Assembly (NCBI GenBank): GCA_964356815.1
Contig: CAYHIR010000006.1
Span: forward strand, 1 to 40,652
Source of the DNA: an uncultured Candidatus Saccharibacteria bacterium
Lineage (GTDB): Bacteria; Patescibacteriota; Minisyncoccia; Phycocordibacterales; DATGWK01
Reading direction: 5' to 3'
DNA: 40,652 nucleotides
Shown here: positions 15,635 through 25,498 of the stretch, one piece after another
Numbering within the stretch: position 1 is the stretch's first letter
Layout: every line of letters starts with the position of its first letter
Program-made: the position numbers and the translations under genes
The notes under the pieces: generated by a model
The model's database searches: none
What the model was told of the DNA's origin: nothing
Seen by the model: the letters and a program-made list of their open reading frames with translations, nothing else

Positions 15635-16855
15635 TTAATATTTTTCTGATTTTAACTCCAGCTCCGGTTCTTCTAATTCTAGCGTGTTCGTCTCACAAAT
15701 ATTTTTATAAAAATAGGCCGACGGCCGAATGTGTCTTTCTAGTGTTTTGTAATCGATCTCCACTAAGCCGAATCGTTTTTCAAAACCCTCTGCCCACTCG
15801 TAGTTGTCTAGCAAAGACCAGTGCATGTAGCCGCGAATGGGTGCACCATTTTCTATTGCTCGATGAACATTTGCCACATAGCCGCGAATGAACGCTTCCC
15901 TTCTTGAATCGTCTGCATCAGCAAGGCCATTTTCTACGACGTAAATTGGCTTATGGTATTGAGTGAGCTCCATAAGTGCGTGATAAATGCCTTCGGGAAA
16001 AATGTCCCAGCCCATATCGGATTTTGGAAGAGGTGGTAATTTCTCGAAAGTTTTTCCAAAAGGTTTTCCGAGTGGTCTGTAGAAATAAAAATTGAGACCG
16101 ATAAAGTCTTGGTGGTTTTTAATTTTGTTTAAGAAACGGCGATTCCAAAAATATTTGTAGAGGGCTTCTCGAATGTATTGGATTGGATTTGGGCCAAGAG
16201 CCTTAAAATACATATTATGCTTTGCGATGCCGATCTGAGCTTCTGGTCGAATAAGCTTTATCGTTTTGTATGCGGCAATGTGGGCTTTTACCAGATTACC
16301 CCAAACTTTTTTATAGGCTTGAGGATTCTTTTTAAACGGCGGCCACTTTCCGTGCATATAGCCATTGCCAGCCCACACCAGAGGCTCATTAATGGTCAAG
16401 ACAAACTTAACATCGCCCAAAATTTCTTTGGCCACAAACTCTGCGTAGCGCGTAAATCTCTCTACGGATTGTGGGTTTTCAAAGCCACCACTTCGGCTAA
16501 ACCAAAGCGGTAAAGTAAAGTGCCAAAGATTTACAAACGGCTCTAATCCTCGCATTCGCAAAGAGGCGATGACATTTTTATAATGCGCGGCTTCATTGAG
16601 ATCAAATACTCCTTCTTCTGGCTCGATTCTCGCCCACTCAATAGAAATTTTGTGGCAGTTGTGGCCGAGATTTTGGACGATGTCGAAGTCTGATTCGTAG
16701 AGATTGTAGTGGTTGCACGCTCGAGCGCAGATGGGCACCCTTCCCTTTCGGCTTGCCTCTGCCCAATCGCAATTTTCAATGCCGCCCTCCACTTGATACG
16801 ACGCCGTGGCCGCTCCCCACAGGAAGCCATCTGGAAATCGGAGAATCTTTTTCAT
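15635..16855 (-). CDS. Glycoside hydrolase family 1 (beta-glucosidase-like)
   Basis: FLWGAATASYQVEG signature, HFTLP, TINEP, VVENG, WSLLDNYEWAEG. Confidence 0.95.
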   Translation of the reverse strand: MKKILRFPDGFLWGAATASYQVEGGIENCDWAEASRKGRVPICARACNHYNLYESDFDIVQNLGHNCHKISIEWARIEPEEGVFDLNEAAHYKNVIASLRMRGLEPFVNLWHFTLPLWFSRSGGFENPQSVERFTRYAEFVAKEILGDVKFVLTINEPLVWAGNGYMHGKWPPFKKNPQAYKKVWGNLVKAHIAAYKTIKLIRPEAQIGIAKHNMYFKALGPNPIQYIREALYKYFWNRRFLNKIKNHQDFIGLNFYFYRPLGKPFGKTFEKLPPLPKSDMGWDIFPEGIYHALMELTQYHKPIYVVENGLADADDSRREAFIRGYVANVHRAIENGAPIRGYMHWSLLDNYEWAEGFEKRFGLVEIDYKTLERHIRPSAYFYKNICETNTLELEEPELELKSEKY

Positions 16856-16857
16856 TA

Positions 16858-17076
16858 CTACTTTTTAAACAGGTTGATTATTGGCTTAATGACTTTTTCC
16901 CAAATTGCTACGGCGACATCTTTAATGTAACCGAACCATTCTTCAAAACGGTCTGACTTTAAAAAATCGATTATATCAATATCTAAAACAAACTTCATAA
17001 TAATTATGGCGATGATGAGAATTATTATGATTTGGAAAAAACCTTTTTTAGAATTAGAATTTGTCATCTTTTTCAT
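16858..17076 (-). CDS. Small membrane protein
   Basis: 72 aa, KKGFF followed by a hydrophobic helix, tightly packed in the operon. Confidence 0.65.
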   Translation of the reverse strand: MKKMTNSNSKKGFFQIIIILIIAIIIMKFVLDIDIIDFLKSDRFEEWFGYIKDVAVAIWEKVIKPIINLFKK

Positions 17077-17112
17077 CTTGGTGGCGAATGTTTAATTTTT
17101 GCAGCGAATAAA

Positions 17113-18444
17113 TTATAAATAAATCATCGGATCGAGATAGGCTCGTAAGTCCGCTACAGGAATAATAGCATTTTTACAATTTATGCTATTCTCATATTTC
17201 AAAATTTTTACACCTTGGCTTGCGTACACACCAAAATGAAGATGGGGGCCAGTGGAATAGCCGGTGTTGCCAGAGTATCCAATAGTGTCGCTCGTACCAA
17301 CTTTCTGACCAGCTACGACACTTATTAGATCGAGATGGGCGTATAGGGTTGAGAGGCCATTGTCGTGGTGAAGGAGTATCCATTTACCATACGAATAGCA
17401 ACCCTGCACAGCGTCGGTATTGCCCGTGCCCTCCACTACCCCACCGAGCGCCGCTTTTATTTTTGTGCCGCGTGAGGCTCGGAAATCTATACCGTTGTGG
17501 CCCTTACCGTTGTAGGCGGCGGTTTGTTTGGCAAATTCAGTGAAGCCAAAATATTGGGTGACAAAAACACTGTCTACTGGCCAAGATAAAATACCCTTTC
17601 CTGCACTGGGGTAGCTCGTGGGATCGATAATTAAACGCAAAGCGTTTTCGAAGCTCGCAAGCTCACTTGCAAAAGCTTCAGCCAAGCGTTTTTTTTCCTC
17701 CAACTGTTTTTTATATTCAGACTCGAGACTTTGGGTAACATTTAAAATAACCGCCTTTTCTTTTTTTGTATTGTCGATAACCTTTTTCTGATTGCCGAGC
17801 TCGGAGTTTAAACTTAGTAAGTTTTTCTTACTTGATTCTGTTTGGGCCTGCTTGTTCCACAGCTCTTCTTTTAAACTTTCGAGGTTCTTAACATTGGCTC
17901 GAATGCCGTCTCGAAATTGTTCGGCGGTAGAAATTTCACTCCAAAAAGTGCCGATGTTTTCATTGGCGAGCACCATTTCCACCAGAGAGAGGTCGCCTGT
18001 TCGGTCGATTTTTCGAAGACTTTCTGCGATAGCTTTTCTACCGTCGATAATATCCTGCTCTTTATTTTTAATTTCAATCACTAATTGCTCGATTGTTAGA
18101 TTGGTGGCCCCGATTTTATTTTCCGTGACCCGAATTTCTTTCTGAAGCTTTGAGCTGGACACATCCAAGCTTTTGACTGCACTTTGGAGTGTTTGTTTTT
18201 CTTTGCCCACCTCTTGAATCTGGCTGTCGAGTTTTTTTATCTCTTCGTTTAATTTTTCTAGCTGAATGTTTTTCTGTTCGATGTTTTGTTTTATTTCAGT
18301 AATTGTAGCCGCCTCAGTTATTCTTGGTAGAATCGGAAAAAATGAGGAGAAATTGCCGAGGGTTATGAGTCCGATAGTGAGAATCGAGACGGTGAAGAAT
18401 TTTTCAGCAAACCTTTTTAATTTTTTACTATTAAAGTTTTTCAA
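17113..18444 (-). CDS. M23 metallopeptidase with long coiled coil (EnvC/CwlO-like architecture)
   Basis: Signal/TM, coiled coil, HNGID (HxxxD), LYAHL, TGPHLHF (HxH). Confidence 0.92.
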   Translation of the reverse strand: MKNFNSKKLKRFAEKFFTVSILTIGLITLGNFSSFFPILPRITEAATITEIKQNIEQKNIQLEKLNEEIKKLDSQIQEVGKEKQTLQSAVKSLDVSSSKLQKEIRVTENKIGATNLTIEQLVIEIKNKEQDIIDGRKAIAESLRKIDRTGDLSLVEMVLANENIGTFWSEISTAEQFRDGIRANVKNLESLKEELWNKQAQTESSKKNLLSLNSELGNQKKVIDNTKKEKAVILNVTQSLESEYKKQLEEKKRLAEAFASELASFENALRLIIDPTSYPSAGKGILSWPVDSVFVTQYFGFTEFAKQTAAYNGKGHNGIDFRASRGTKIKAALGGVVEGTGNTDAVQGCYSYGKWILLHHDNGLSTLYAHLDLISVVAGQKVGTSDTIGYSGNTGYSTGPHLHFGVYASQGVKILKYENSINCKNAIIPVADLRAYLDPMIYL

Positions 18445-19828
18445 GGTTTTTTATGGCTGTTTCTAAGCGCGCTACGCACTCTTTTTGGCCAATAAGGTAA
18501 GCCACAGTAAATGGATCGGCAGACTTAGTGCGGCCGGTGAGAGCGAAACGGATTGGCCACAAAACGTCGCCTCGGCCATGATCGGTGGCATAGGCCCAGA
18601 TACTCGGCTTTATTTTTTCTGGATCAGACATATCTTCTTCTGATAGCTCGCCGAAAAGCTCTGCGGCTTTAGCCAAATGATTTTTTGTTTTGGAAACCGC
18701 ATCCTCGCCGCTATCTTTCCAGACGAGGTCTTTGGCGTCGTATTTCGGTGCTTCGAAGCAATAATCGTACTCCCCTTCTATAATAGACGTTTCAAGGTCG
18801 CCAAATGTTTCAATGCGTTCGATTATGGCTGGCGCAAGCTTTTTAATGAGGGTTGGCGTAACGCTACCCAGCCATTTGTTGCTCTTTACATGCTCGGATT
18901 TTTGGAAAACTTCGATGATCGCTTTTTCGAGTTTGTCGCTGCTCATTCTGCGAAGGTGCTCGCGATTGACCCAGCGCAATTTTTCTTCGTTGTAGACAGC
19001 GCCAGATTTTTGCACTTTAGAGATATCAAATTTTTCAATGATTTCTTCTGGTGTAAAAATTTCTTCGTCCGTGCCAGGGTTCCAGCCGAGGAGAGCGGCG
19101 TAATTTATGAGTGCTTCTGGTAGAAAGCCTTTTTCTTTGTATTCGGTTACCGCTTGCGCTCCTTTTCTTTTTGAGAGTTTGCTTTTATCGGCCGCGAGAA
19201 TGAGTGGTAAATGACCGTATACCGGGCGCTTGGCACCAATAGCTTCACCAATGAGAATTTGGCGAGGGGTATTTGAAATATGCTCTTCCCCGCGAACCAC
19301 GTGAGTGACACCCATTTCGTGGTCGTCTACTACCACAGCAAAGTGATAGAGAGGCTCGTCGAAACTTTTGGCAATTACGAAGTCGCCCAAATCTTCCGTG
19401 GCAAAAGAAATTTCGCCGCGAATCATGTCGGAAAAAATTATCGTCGTATTGGGGTTTCGAAAACGAATGACGCTACTGCGTTTGCCTTCTTCCACTACGG
19501 CTTCTTCAGACACATAAGCTAAGTCTTTCGCCACCAGAGCTTCGAGGTGGCGTTTGTATATTTCGGAGCGTTCGGATTGGCGATAAAATTCGTCGTATTG
19601 TATGCCTAGCCAAGAAAGACTATCTAAAATATTTTGCTCAAATTCTTTTTTTGAACGCTCTTTGTCTGTATCTTCGATGCGTAAAATAAACTTACCTTTA
19701 TTATGCTTTGCATAGAGATAACTAAAAAGTGCGGTGCGTAGGCCACCGAAATGAAGATTGCCTGTAGGGCTCGGGGCAAATCTCGATACAACTTTGCCAT
19801 CTGTTTTCTCTGAATGATTTTTGTTCAT
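18431..19828 (-). CDS. gltX: Glutamate--tRNA ligase
   Basis: RFAPSPTG, HFGG, LRIEDTD, VVRGEEH, KLSKR. Confidence 0.95.
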   Translation of the reverse strand: MNKNHSEKTDGKVVSRFAPSPTGNLHFGGLRTALFSYLYAKHNKGKFILRIEDTDKERSKKEFEQNILDSLSWLGIQYDEFYRQSERSEIYKRHLEALVAKDLAYVSEEAVVEEGKRSSVIRFRNPNTTIIFSDMIRGEISFATEDLGDFVIAKSFDEPLYHFAVVVDDHEMGVTHVVRGEEHISNTPRQILIGEAIGAKRPVYGHLPLILAADKSKLSKRKGAQAVTEYKEKGFLPEALINYAALLGWNPGTDEEIFTPEEIIEKFDISKVQKSGAVYNEEKLRWVNREHLRRMSSDKLEKAIIEVFQKSEHVKSNKWLGSVTPTLIKKLAPAIIERIETFGDLETSIIEGEYDYCFEAPKYDAKDLVWKDSGEDAVSKTKNHLAKAAELFGELSEEDMSDPEKIKPSIWAYATDHGRGDVLWPIRFALTGRTKSADPFTVAYLIGQKECVARLETAIKNLEKL

Positions 19829-19829
19829 T

Positions 19830-20957
19830 TTAAATCTCGTGCCTCAGCGCGATGGCTAAAATTTCTTTGGCAATGGCTCGAGCGGCATTTCGATTGCCAA
19901 AACCGAGCGCCGCTTTCTTCATCACCTCAAGCTGCGCTGGATTGCTAAGTAATCTTGTAGCTTCAGAAATTAAAATATTTGGTGTGAGGTTTGACTCTTC
20001 TAAAACGACACAAGCTTTGGTACGAGCGTATGAGTAGGCATTTTTGCGTTGGTGATCGCCTTGCGAGTCGGTGATCGGGATGATAATAGAAGGAATGCCC
20101 CACACCGCGATTTCAAAAATTGCTGAGCCGGCGCGAGAAATTATAAGGTTGGCGATACCGACAGACATTCTCATGGCCAAAGGATCTAAATACTCGAAAG
20201 CCCTGTAGCGGTTTTTATACGGATTATTCACAAGCATTGTGTTTGTGCGAGCTACAACATCTTTAAAATTTATTTTGCCCGTCTGGTGAATAATCTGATA
20301 ATTTTTAACAAGCTCGGGCAAAGCATCTACAAGAGTGTCGTTTATTATTTGGGCACCTGTAGAGCCACCGAGTATTAGGATGGTTGGCACATCGCCAGAA
20401 AGCTTTAGGAATTGATAGGCACCTTCATGGAGTGGCTCCATAAGCTCTTTGCGAATTGGCTGGCCAGTATGAGCCACTTTTTTTTCGGAGAAAAATTTTG
20501 TGGTTTCTTGGTAAGAGACAGCTATTTTTGTGGCAAATTTTGCGGCCCAAGCGTTTACTCTGCCTGGGACCATGTCTGACTCATGAATAATTATGGGGAT
20601 TCGGAGCAGTTTGCCGGCGAAAAGCACCGGAAAACTCGCGTAGCCGCCTTTACCGAAAATAACATCGGGATAAATAGAAAAAACTGTAAAGAAAGAAGTG
20701 ATGACACCCCAAGCGGTCTTGAAAATATCGAAAAAATTTAATATTGAAAAATATAGTCGACGCTTACCGGCATAATTTTTATTAAAAACAATTCCCCGAT
20801 CGTAAAGCATGCCGGCATTGTAGGCCGAAGGTGCCATGAAAGTAAGCTCTGGTGGTATTAAGCGGTACTCTTTTACAAGCTCGTGTAGCTCATCAGCCAC
20901 AGCCATTATTGGATAAAAATGGCCACCAGTGCCTCCGCCTGTAAATAAGATTTTCAT
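19830..20957 (-). CDS. murG: Lipid II GlcNAc transferase
   Basis: GGGTGGH, GKGGYAS, IHESD, LGGSTGA, SRAG, HQRKNA. Confidence 0.95.
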   Translation of the reverse strand: MKILFTGGGTGGHFYPIMAVADELHELVKEYRLIPPELTFMAPSAYNAGMLYDRGIVFNKNYAGKRRLYFSILNFFDIFKTAWGVITSFFTVFSIYPDVIFGKGGYASFPVLFAGKLLRIPIIIHESDMVPGRVNAWAAKFATKIAVSYQETTKFFSEKKVAHTGQPIRKELMEPLHEGAYQFLKLSGDVPTILILGGSTGAQIINDTLVDALPELVKNYQIIHQTGKINFKDVVARTNTMLVNNPYKNRYRAFEYLDPLAMRMSVGIANLIISRAGSAIFEIAVWGIPSIIIPITDSQGDHQRKNAYSYARTKACVVLEESNLTPNILISEATRLLSNPAQLEVMKKAALGFGNRNAARAIAKEILAIALRHEI

Positions 20958-20982
20958 TTTAAAATTTTGTTTTTTGCCGCTT

Positions 20983-22083
20983 CTAATCGCGCTTGGCTGA
21001 ACGAGAAATGTTTAGCAAAATTCCCACCTCTGCCAGTGTCATCATGAGAGCTGAGCCGCCATGGCTCACAAAAAGAAGCGGAATTCCGGACAATGGCAAA
21101 ATTCCGAGCATCGCGCCCATGTTTATAAATGATTGCGATAGAATAAGTATAACAATTCCGAGGGCCAAGAGTCCACCAAAAGTATCGGGTGCTTTCAGGG
21201 CAATTTTCAAGCCTCGCCAACCAAAAAACAGAAAGAAAGCAATGAGCGTAACGCTACCCACAAAACCAAATTCTTCTGCCATAACGGCAAATATTGAGTC
21301 GCCAATAGGCTCAGGTAAGAAGTTGAATTTTTGTACGCTTTGGCCAAAGCCGCGGCCGAAAATCTGCCCCGAGCCAATGGCAATAAAAGACTGTTGAATC
21401 TGATAGCTCGAGCCAAGAGAATTTTCCGAAGGATTGATATATGTCATAACACGCTCTTTTATATATGGCTTAGTGAATACCAACGCGGTAAAGCCAAGTA
21501 GACACACGAGAACGATGAGGCCGATGTGTTTCCAAGAAGCACCACTCGCAAAAAGCATAGCCATGCCAGCGGCAACTAGAATTACAAATGTATCCGTGTC
21601 TGGCTGAGCGAGTAATACCCCGCCGGTAATGGCTGAGATAATAAAAAATGGCAAAATGCCGTGTTGCCAAGTAGTAATTTTTTGCTTCACGCTCGATATC
21701 CAAGCCGCGAGATATATGAGGTAGGCAATTTTTAGAAGCTCAGATGTTTGAAAAGAAAAAGCACCTAAATTTACCCAACGCTTTGCACCGCCGTGTTCTA
21801 TGCCGATATGTGGAATGAAAACTAGGGCTGTGGCAAACAGAGACAAGATAAAAATAAGTAATGACCACTTTCGCCACTGGCGATAATGTATGCGGCTGGT
21901 AATAAAAGCCAGAGAGCCACCGAGAAAAATTCCAAAAATTGCTCGCGAAAACGCAATGGAAGAATAGCTCGCTCCATCTCTAGCCAAAAGACCGAGTGCA
22001 GCCGAGCTAAAAATAAAAAGGCCGGCCACCAGAAGAACTATGACGGAGATTAGCAAGGGTTTATCAACAGAGGCTTGCTTCAT
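20983..22083 (-). CDS. ftsW: SEDS family peptidoglycan glycosyltransferase (FtsW)
   Basis: GAKRW, FQTSELLK, YQIQQS, LPEPIGDSIF, EEFGF, SHGGSA; between mraY and murG. Confidence 0.88.
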   Translation of the reverse strand: MKQASVDKPLLISVIVLLVAGLFIFSSAALGLLARDGASYSSIAFSRAIFGIFLGGSLAFITSRIHYRQWRKWSLLIFILSLFATALVFIPHIGIEHGGAKRWVNLGAFSFQTSELLKIAYLIYLAAWISSVKQKITTWQHGILPFFIISAITGGVLLAQPDTDTFVILVAAGMAMLFASGASWKHIGLIVLVCLLGFTALVFTKPYIKERVMTYINPSENSLGSSYQIQQSFIAIGSGQIFGRGFGQSVQKFNFLPEPIGDSIFAVMAEEFGFVGSVTLIAFFLFFGWRGLKIALKAPDTFGGLLALGIVILILSQSFINMGAMLGILPLSGIPLLFVSHGGSALMMTLAEVGILLNISRSAKRD

Positions 22084-22103
22084 GTTTTTATTCTACCCTA
22101 TTT

Positions 22104-23186
22104 CTAACCAATGAGAGCGAGAGTCATACCAAGAAGGGCGCAAATGACACCGATGATCCAGAAACGCATCGTGACTTTATAAGCGGGCCAGCCGATAGCT
22201 TGAAAATGATGATGAATCGGTGCGACCATAAAAACTTTTTTACCGTTCCTTAGGCGTTTGGAAGTGACTTGTATGAGGCTTGAAAGCGATGTGATGATGA
22301 GTGGGAGGGCGATAATTGGCAGAACAATAACGCCATATCCTCCACCAAGAGAATCTGTCATAAAAGCTACGACGGCCAGGGTGATCGTGAGACCCATTGT
22401 GCCAGTTTCAGACATAAAGAATCTGGCGGGTGGAATGTTGAACCATAGAAAAGCTAAAATTGCGCCCACTACCACAGCGCAGAAAGCTGCAAGGTCGATT
22501 TGGTTTTGATAAAAGGCGATGCCAGCGTATGCGGCAAAAATCGAACCAAGAATACCGCCAGAGAGGCCATCGATGCCGTCTATAACGCCGCCAGAATATA
22601 TGCCAATAACCACAATTATAAAAAGTGGGATGAAAAATAGTCCGAGATAAAAATCGCCGATTATTGGCAAACCGATTGTGTTTATATCGAGCTTAAAATA
22701 AAACCAACAGGCGCAAAATAAGCCCATAAGACCCACGATGAGTAGGCGCTTTTTTAAAGATAATCCGCCACCGATGTAACCACCCTTACCCGCCCCGCCT
22801 TGAGTGCCTAGAAAATCGTCTACAAAACCCACAATGCCGCCGAGGATGAGTGTGGCAAGCGGAAGCCATGTCTGATTTCTACTCAAAAAGTCGAGATTGG
22901 TGAAAATTTCTGTTTTGGTTATATAAGAAACCAGCCAAAAAATGAGAGCGGTGAATGCTACCGACCACCAGACGACTAAACCGCCCATTCTAGGCGTTTT
23001 TTTCACCTCATCATTGTGAAGAGAGGCAGAAATGGTGGCCTCTCGTCCGTCGATGGTTTTTTGTACACTCTGTTTTTTCCAAAGCTTGTATTTGTAAAGA
23101 TGGTGCGTAATAAAGGGCGTAATAGCGATACCAATCGCGAAGGCTGTAACTGATGGTAAGAAAACTTTTACAATGTCGATAATCAT
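22104..23186 (-). CDS. mraY: Phospho-N-acetylmuramoyl-pentapeptide transferase
   Basis: TPRMGG, GFVDD, DGIDGL, FNIPPARFFM, MAPIHHHF. Confidence 0.93.
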   Translation of the reverse strand: MIIDIVKVFLPSVTAFAIGIAITPFITHHLYKYKLWKKQSVQKTIDGREATISASLHNDEVKKTPRMGGLVVWWSVAFTALIFWLVSYITKTEIFTNLDFLSRNQTWLPLATLILGGIVGFVDDFLGTQGGAGKGGYIGGGLSLKKRLLIVGLMGLFCACWFYFKLDINTIGLPIIGDFYLGLFFIPLFIIVVIGIYSGGVIDGIDGLSGGILGSIFAAYAGIAFYQNQIDLAAFCAVVVGAILAFLWFNIPPARFFMSETGTMGLTITLAVVAFMTDSLGGGYGVIVLPIIALPLIITSLSSLIQVTSKRLRNGKKVFMVAPIHHHFQAIGWPAYKVTMRFWIIGVICALLGMTLALIG

Positions 23187-23190
23187 GTTT

Positions 23191-24204
23191 TTAAATCGGA
23201 TCTATTTTTTTGTTGCCGCCCACATCCAAATATTTTATAGTCGCTGCCGACAATTTTTCTAAATCAGAGAATCGACCGTCGTAGGATGAACCAAGAACGA
23301 CAATGGCAAAAGGACCTTCAAGGCCAGGACTGGCAACTACTGCCACATTGCCACCCGCAAGCTCTGTGTAGCCAGTTTTTGAAGCTAAAATGCCCGGCAC
23401 TGAATCGACAATACGATTGGTGTTTTTTAATTTGTGGAGTACACCTTGAGCTGAATACACCGTAAGTTCACCGTTAGCCGTCGCCTCCAAAACTTCCGGA
23501 TGATTTTTCATTAAATATTCCAAAAGAGTGGCGATTTCACGCGCTGAGCCACGACCAGCATCTTCTTCTTTAGAAATATCTAAGCCGTGCTCGTTGCGAA
23601 AATTATTTTCCATGAGTCCATTTTTTTGGCTAAACTCATTCATTGCGCCAACGAAAGCTTGTACATTTTCATCACCCGCCTCGGTAGAAACACTGCGTGG
23701 CATCGTAGCGCCAACCGCTGAAGCAATTGCTCTAGCTCCATCATTTGAAGAAGATACTAAAACTATTTTCAAAAGTTCGCGGATGCTGAATTTTTCGCCA
23801 GAGCGTAGACCGGTGTCGCCTTCAGCCGATAAAGATTCGTTATCGATAGAGATGCTTGTAAGGTCTTTGGAATTTTCTAGGGCCACAGCGGCAGTGACAA
23901 GCTTAGTGAGTGATGCTAGGGGCATTTTTTTGTCGGCGGTTTTTTCAAAAATCGCCTTCCCGTGGCCAATGTCCCAGACAATCGCGGACTTTGCTTCGAT
24001 GTAAAGATTTTTAAAAGGGTTTTGGACAGTCTCATTTTCAATCACGACATTTGATCGTATTTCATCAACCCGTCTTTCGCGATTTTTACTTGTAGAAATA
24101 GACAATACGAGTACTAGAAAAACCAAAACCAGCAAAAAAAAGCTGATGTTTCTTGTAGCTGTTTGGTCTAGGTCTTTGTTGAAAAAATGGCTATGATTCA
24201 TCAT
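23191..24204 (-). CDS. D-alanyl-D-alanine carboxypeptidase (peptidase S11)
   Basis: TM anchor; ASLTK (SxxK), SSN (SxN), HGL, KTG; start placed at ATG 24204. Confidence 0.88.
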   Translation of the reverse strand: MMNHSHFFNKDLDQTATRNISFFLLVLVFLVLVLSISTSKNRERRVDEIRSNVVIENETVQNPFKNLYIEAKSAIVWDIGHGKAIFEKTADKKMPLASLTKLVTAAVALENSKDLTSISIDNESLSAEGDTGLRSGEKFSIRELLKIVLVSSSNDGARAIASAVGATMPRSVSTEAGDENVQAFVGAMNEFSQKNGLMENNFRNEHGLDISKEEDAGRGSAREIATLLEYLMKNHPEVLEATANGELTVYSAQGVLHKLKNTNRIVDSVPGILASKTGYTELAGGNVAVVASPGLEGPFAIVVLGSSYDGRFSDLEKLSAATIKYLDVGGNKKIDPI

Positions 24205-24751
24205 TTTTCGTCTCAAATTCTCCGATCTCCTTATTGACAATATCATACTCTGGTAATTCTTCGATATTTTTTAACCCTAAATGTGATAGTAAGGCAAAGG
24301 TTGGTCTGTAGATAAAACTCCCTCGCGCTCCGCGTTCGTCTGCTCTTTCCACCAAGCCACGGATTAAAAGATTTCGCAAAACGAGGCTGGAGTTGACCCC
24401 ACGGATATAGTCGATGTCTCTTTTGGTAACTGGTCCGCGATAAAGAACAATAGACAAAACTTCGAGTCCAGCACGGCCGATTTCCCGTGAAAGATCTTCT
24501 TTTATAAGCGACTCCATGAGTGTAGCCGCCTCAGGAGCAGTTTCAAGCATCACATCGTTTCCATTTCGCACCAAAACCAAGCCTCGACCCGAGAGATTTT
24601 TTTCGAAGCTCATCAAAGCCGCCTTGATCTCTGTCTCATTGACTTTATCTGCGCTTAAAATTTCCGCCAATTTTGAAACTGACACCGGCTCGGCTTTAAA
24701 AAATAAAACAGCTTCTATTTTTGCTTCAATTGTTAAACTTGATTCAGCCAT
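24191..24751 (-). CDS. scpB: Segregation and condensation protein B
   Basis: IEAVLF, LEVLSIVLYRGPVTKRDIDYIRGVNS, LGLKNIEELP. Confidence 0.93.
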   Translation of the reverse strand: MAESSLTIEAKIEAVLFFKAEPVSVSKLAEILSADKVNETEIKAALMSFEKNLSGRGLVLVRNGNDVMLETAPEAATLMESLIKEDLSREIGRAGLEVLSIVLYRGPVTKRDIDYIRGVNSSLVLRNLLIRGLVERADERGARGSFIYRPTFALLSHLGLKNIEELPEYDIVNKEIGEFETKNDES

Positions 24752-24760
24752 TTCTTTATT

Positions 24761-25492
24761 TTAATTGTATTTAGGCAAACCAACACTTGTTGTTTCTATC
24801 TGGATTTCTTCAAGTGGATGTTCTTGGCTCGCAAGTATTGACCCGCGCTTCACGAGCTCGAGTAGAGCTAGAAAGCTCACAATAACATTTGTTTTTTCAA
24901 GTTCGCCGCCTTGACCACCAACAAATTCGCGAAAACTCGTTTTTAGGTTTGATGTGATGCGTTCGGTGAGCCGCGAAATCATTTCTTCAAGACTCATGAC
25001 TTTTTTCACCACTACCTGTGGCAAGCGTTCGACTTTTGGTATCTGCTCGAGCACTCTTCTTATGGCCGCACGAATGCTGTCGAGTTTTGTTTCATCATCT
25101 GGAGAAAAAACTGACACAATTTTGCTTGATTCTTCGCGCGAAAAAAGTGGTGTTGTGCCAAAAATTTTTCGCAGCCCGACAGAAAGAGCTTTGATTTTCT
25201 GATATTCACGCAGACGCTTCTCCAAATCCTCCATACTCCCCTGCTCTTCTTCAGAGAGTTCAAGTGTTGGTAAAAGTGATTTGGATTTTATGAGTAAAAG
25301 TGTAGACGCAATTAAAACAAAATGCGCACTCTCACCTATCGGAAATTTTTCAGCTTTTTCGACATACGAAATAAAGTCGTCGGTCACTGATGCGAGCGAA
25401 ATCTGCCCAATGTGCATTTTCCTTTTTTCAATAAGCGAAAGTAGAACTTCTAACGGCCCCTCAAAATGCTCTGTGCGGACAGTGTAAGCCAT
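24761..25492 (-). CDS. scpA: Segregation and condensation protein A
   Basis: FEGPLEVLL.LI, LLLIKSKSLLP, FLALLELVK. Confidence 0.93.
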   Translation of the reverse strand: MAYTVRTEHFEGPLEVLLSLIEKRKMHIGQISLASVTDDFISYVEKAEKFPIGESAHFVLIASTLLLIKSKSLLPTLELSEEEQGSMEDLEKRLREYQKIKALSVGLRKIFGTTPLFSREESSKIVSVFSPDDETKLDSIRAAIRRVLEQIPKVERLPQVVVKKVMSLEEMISRLTERITSNLKTSFREFVGGQGGELEKTNVIVSFLALLELVKRGSILASQEHPLEEIQIETTSVGLPKYN

Positions 25493-25498
25493 TAGTTT

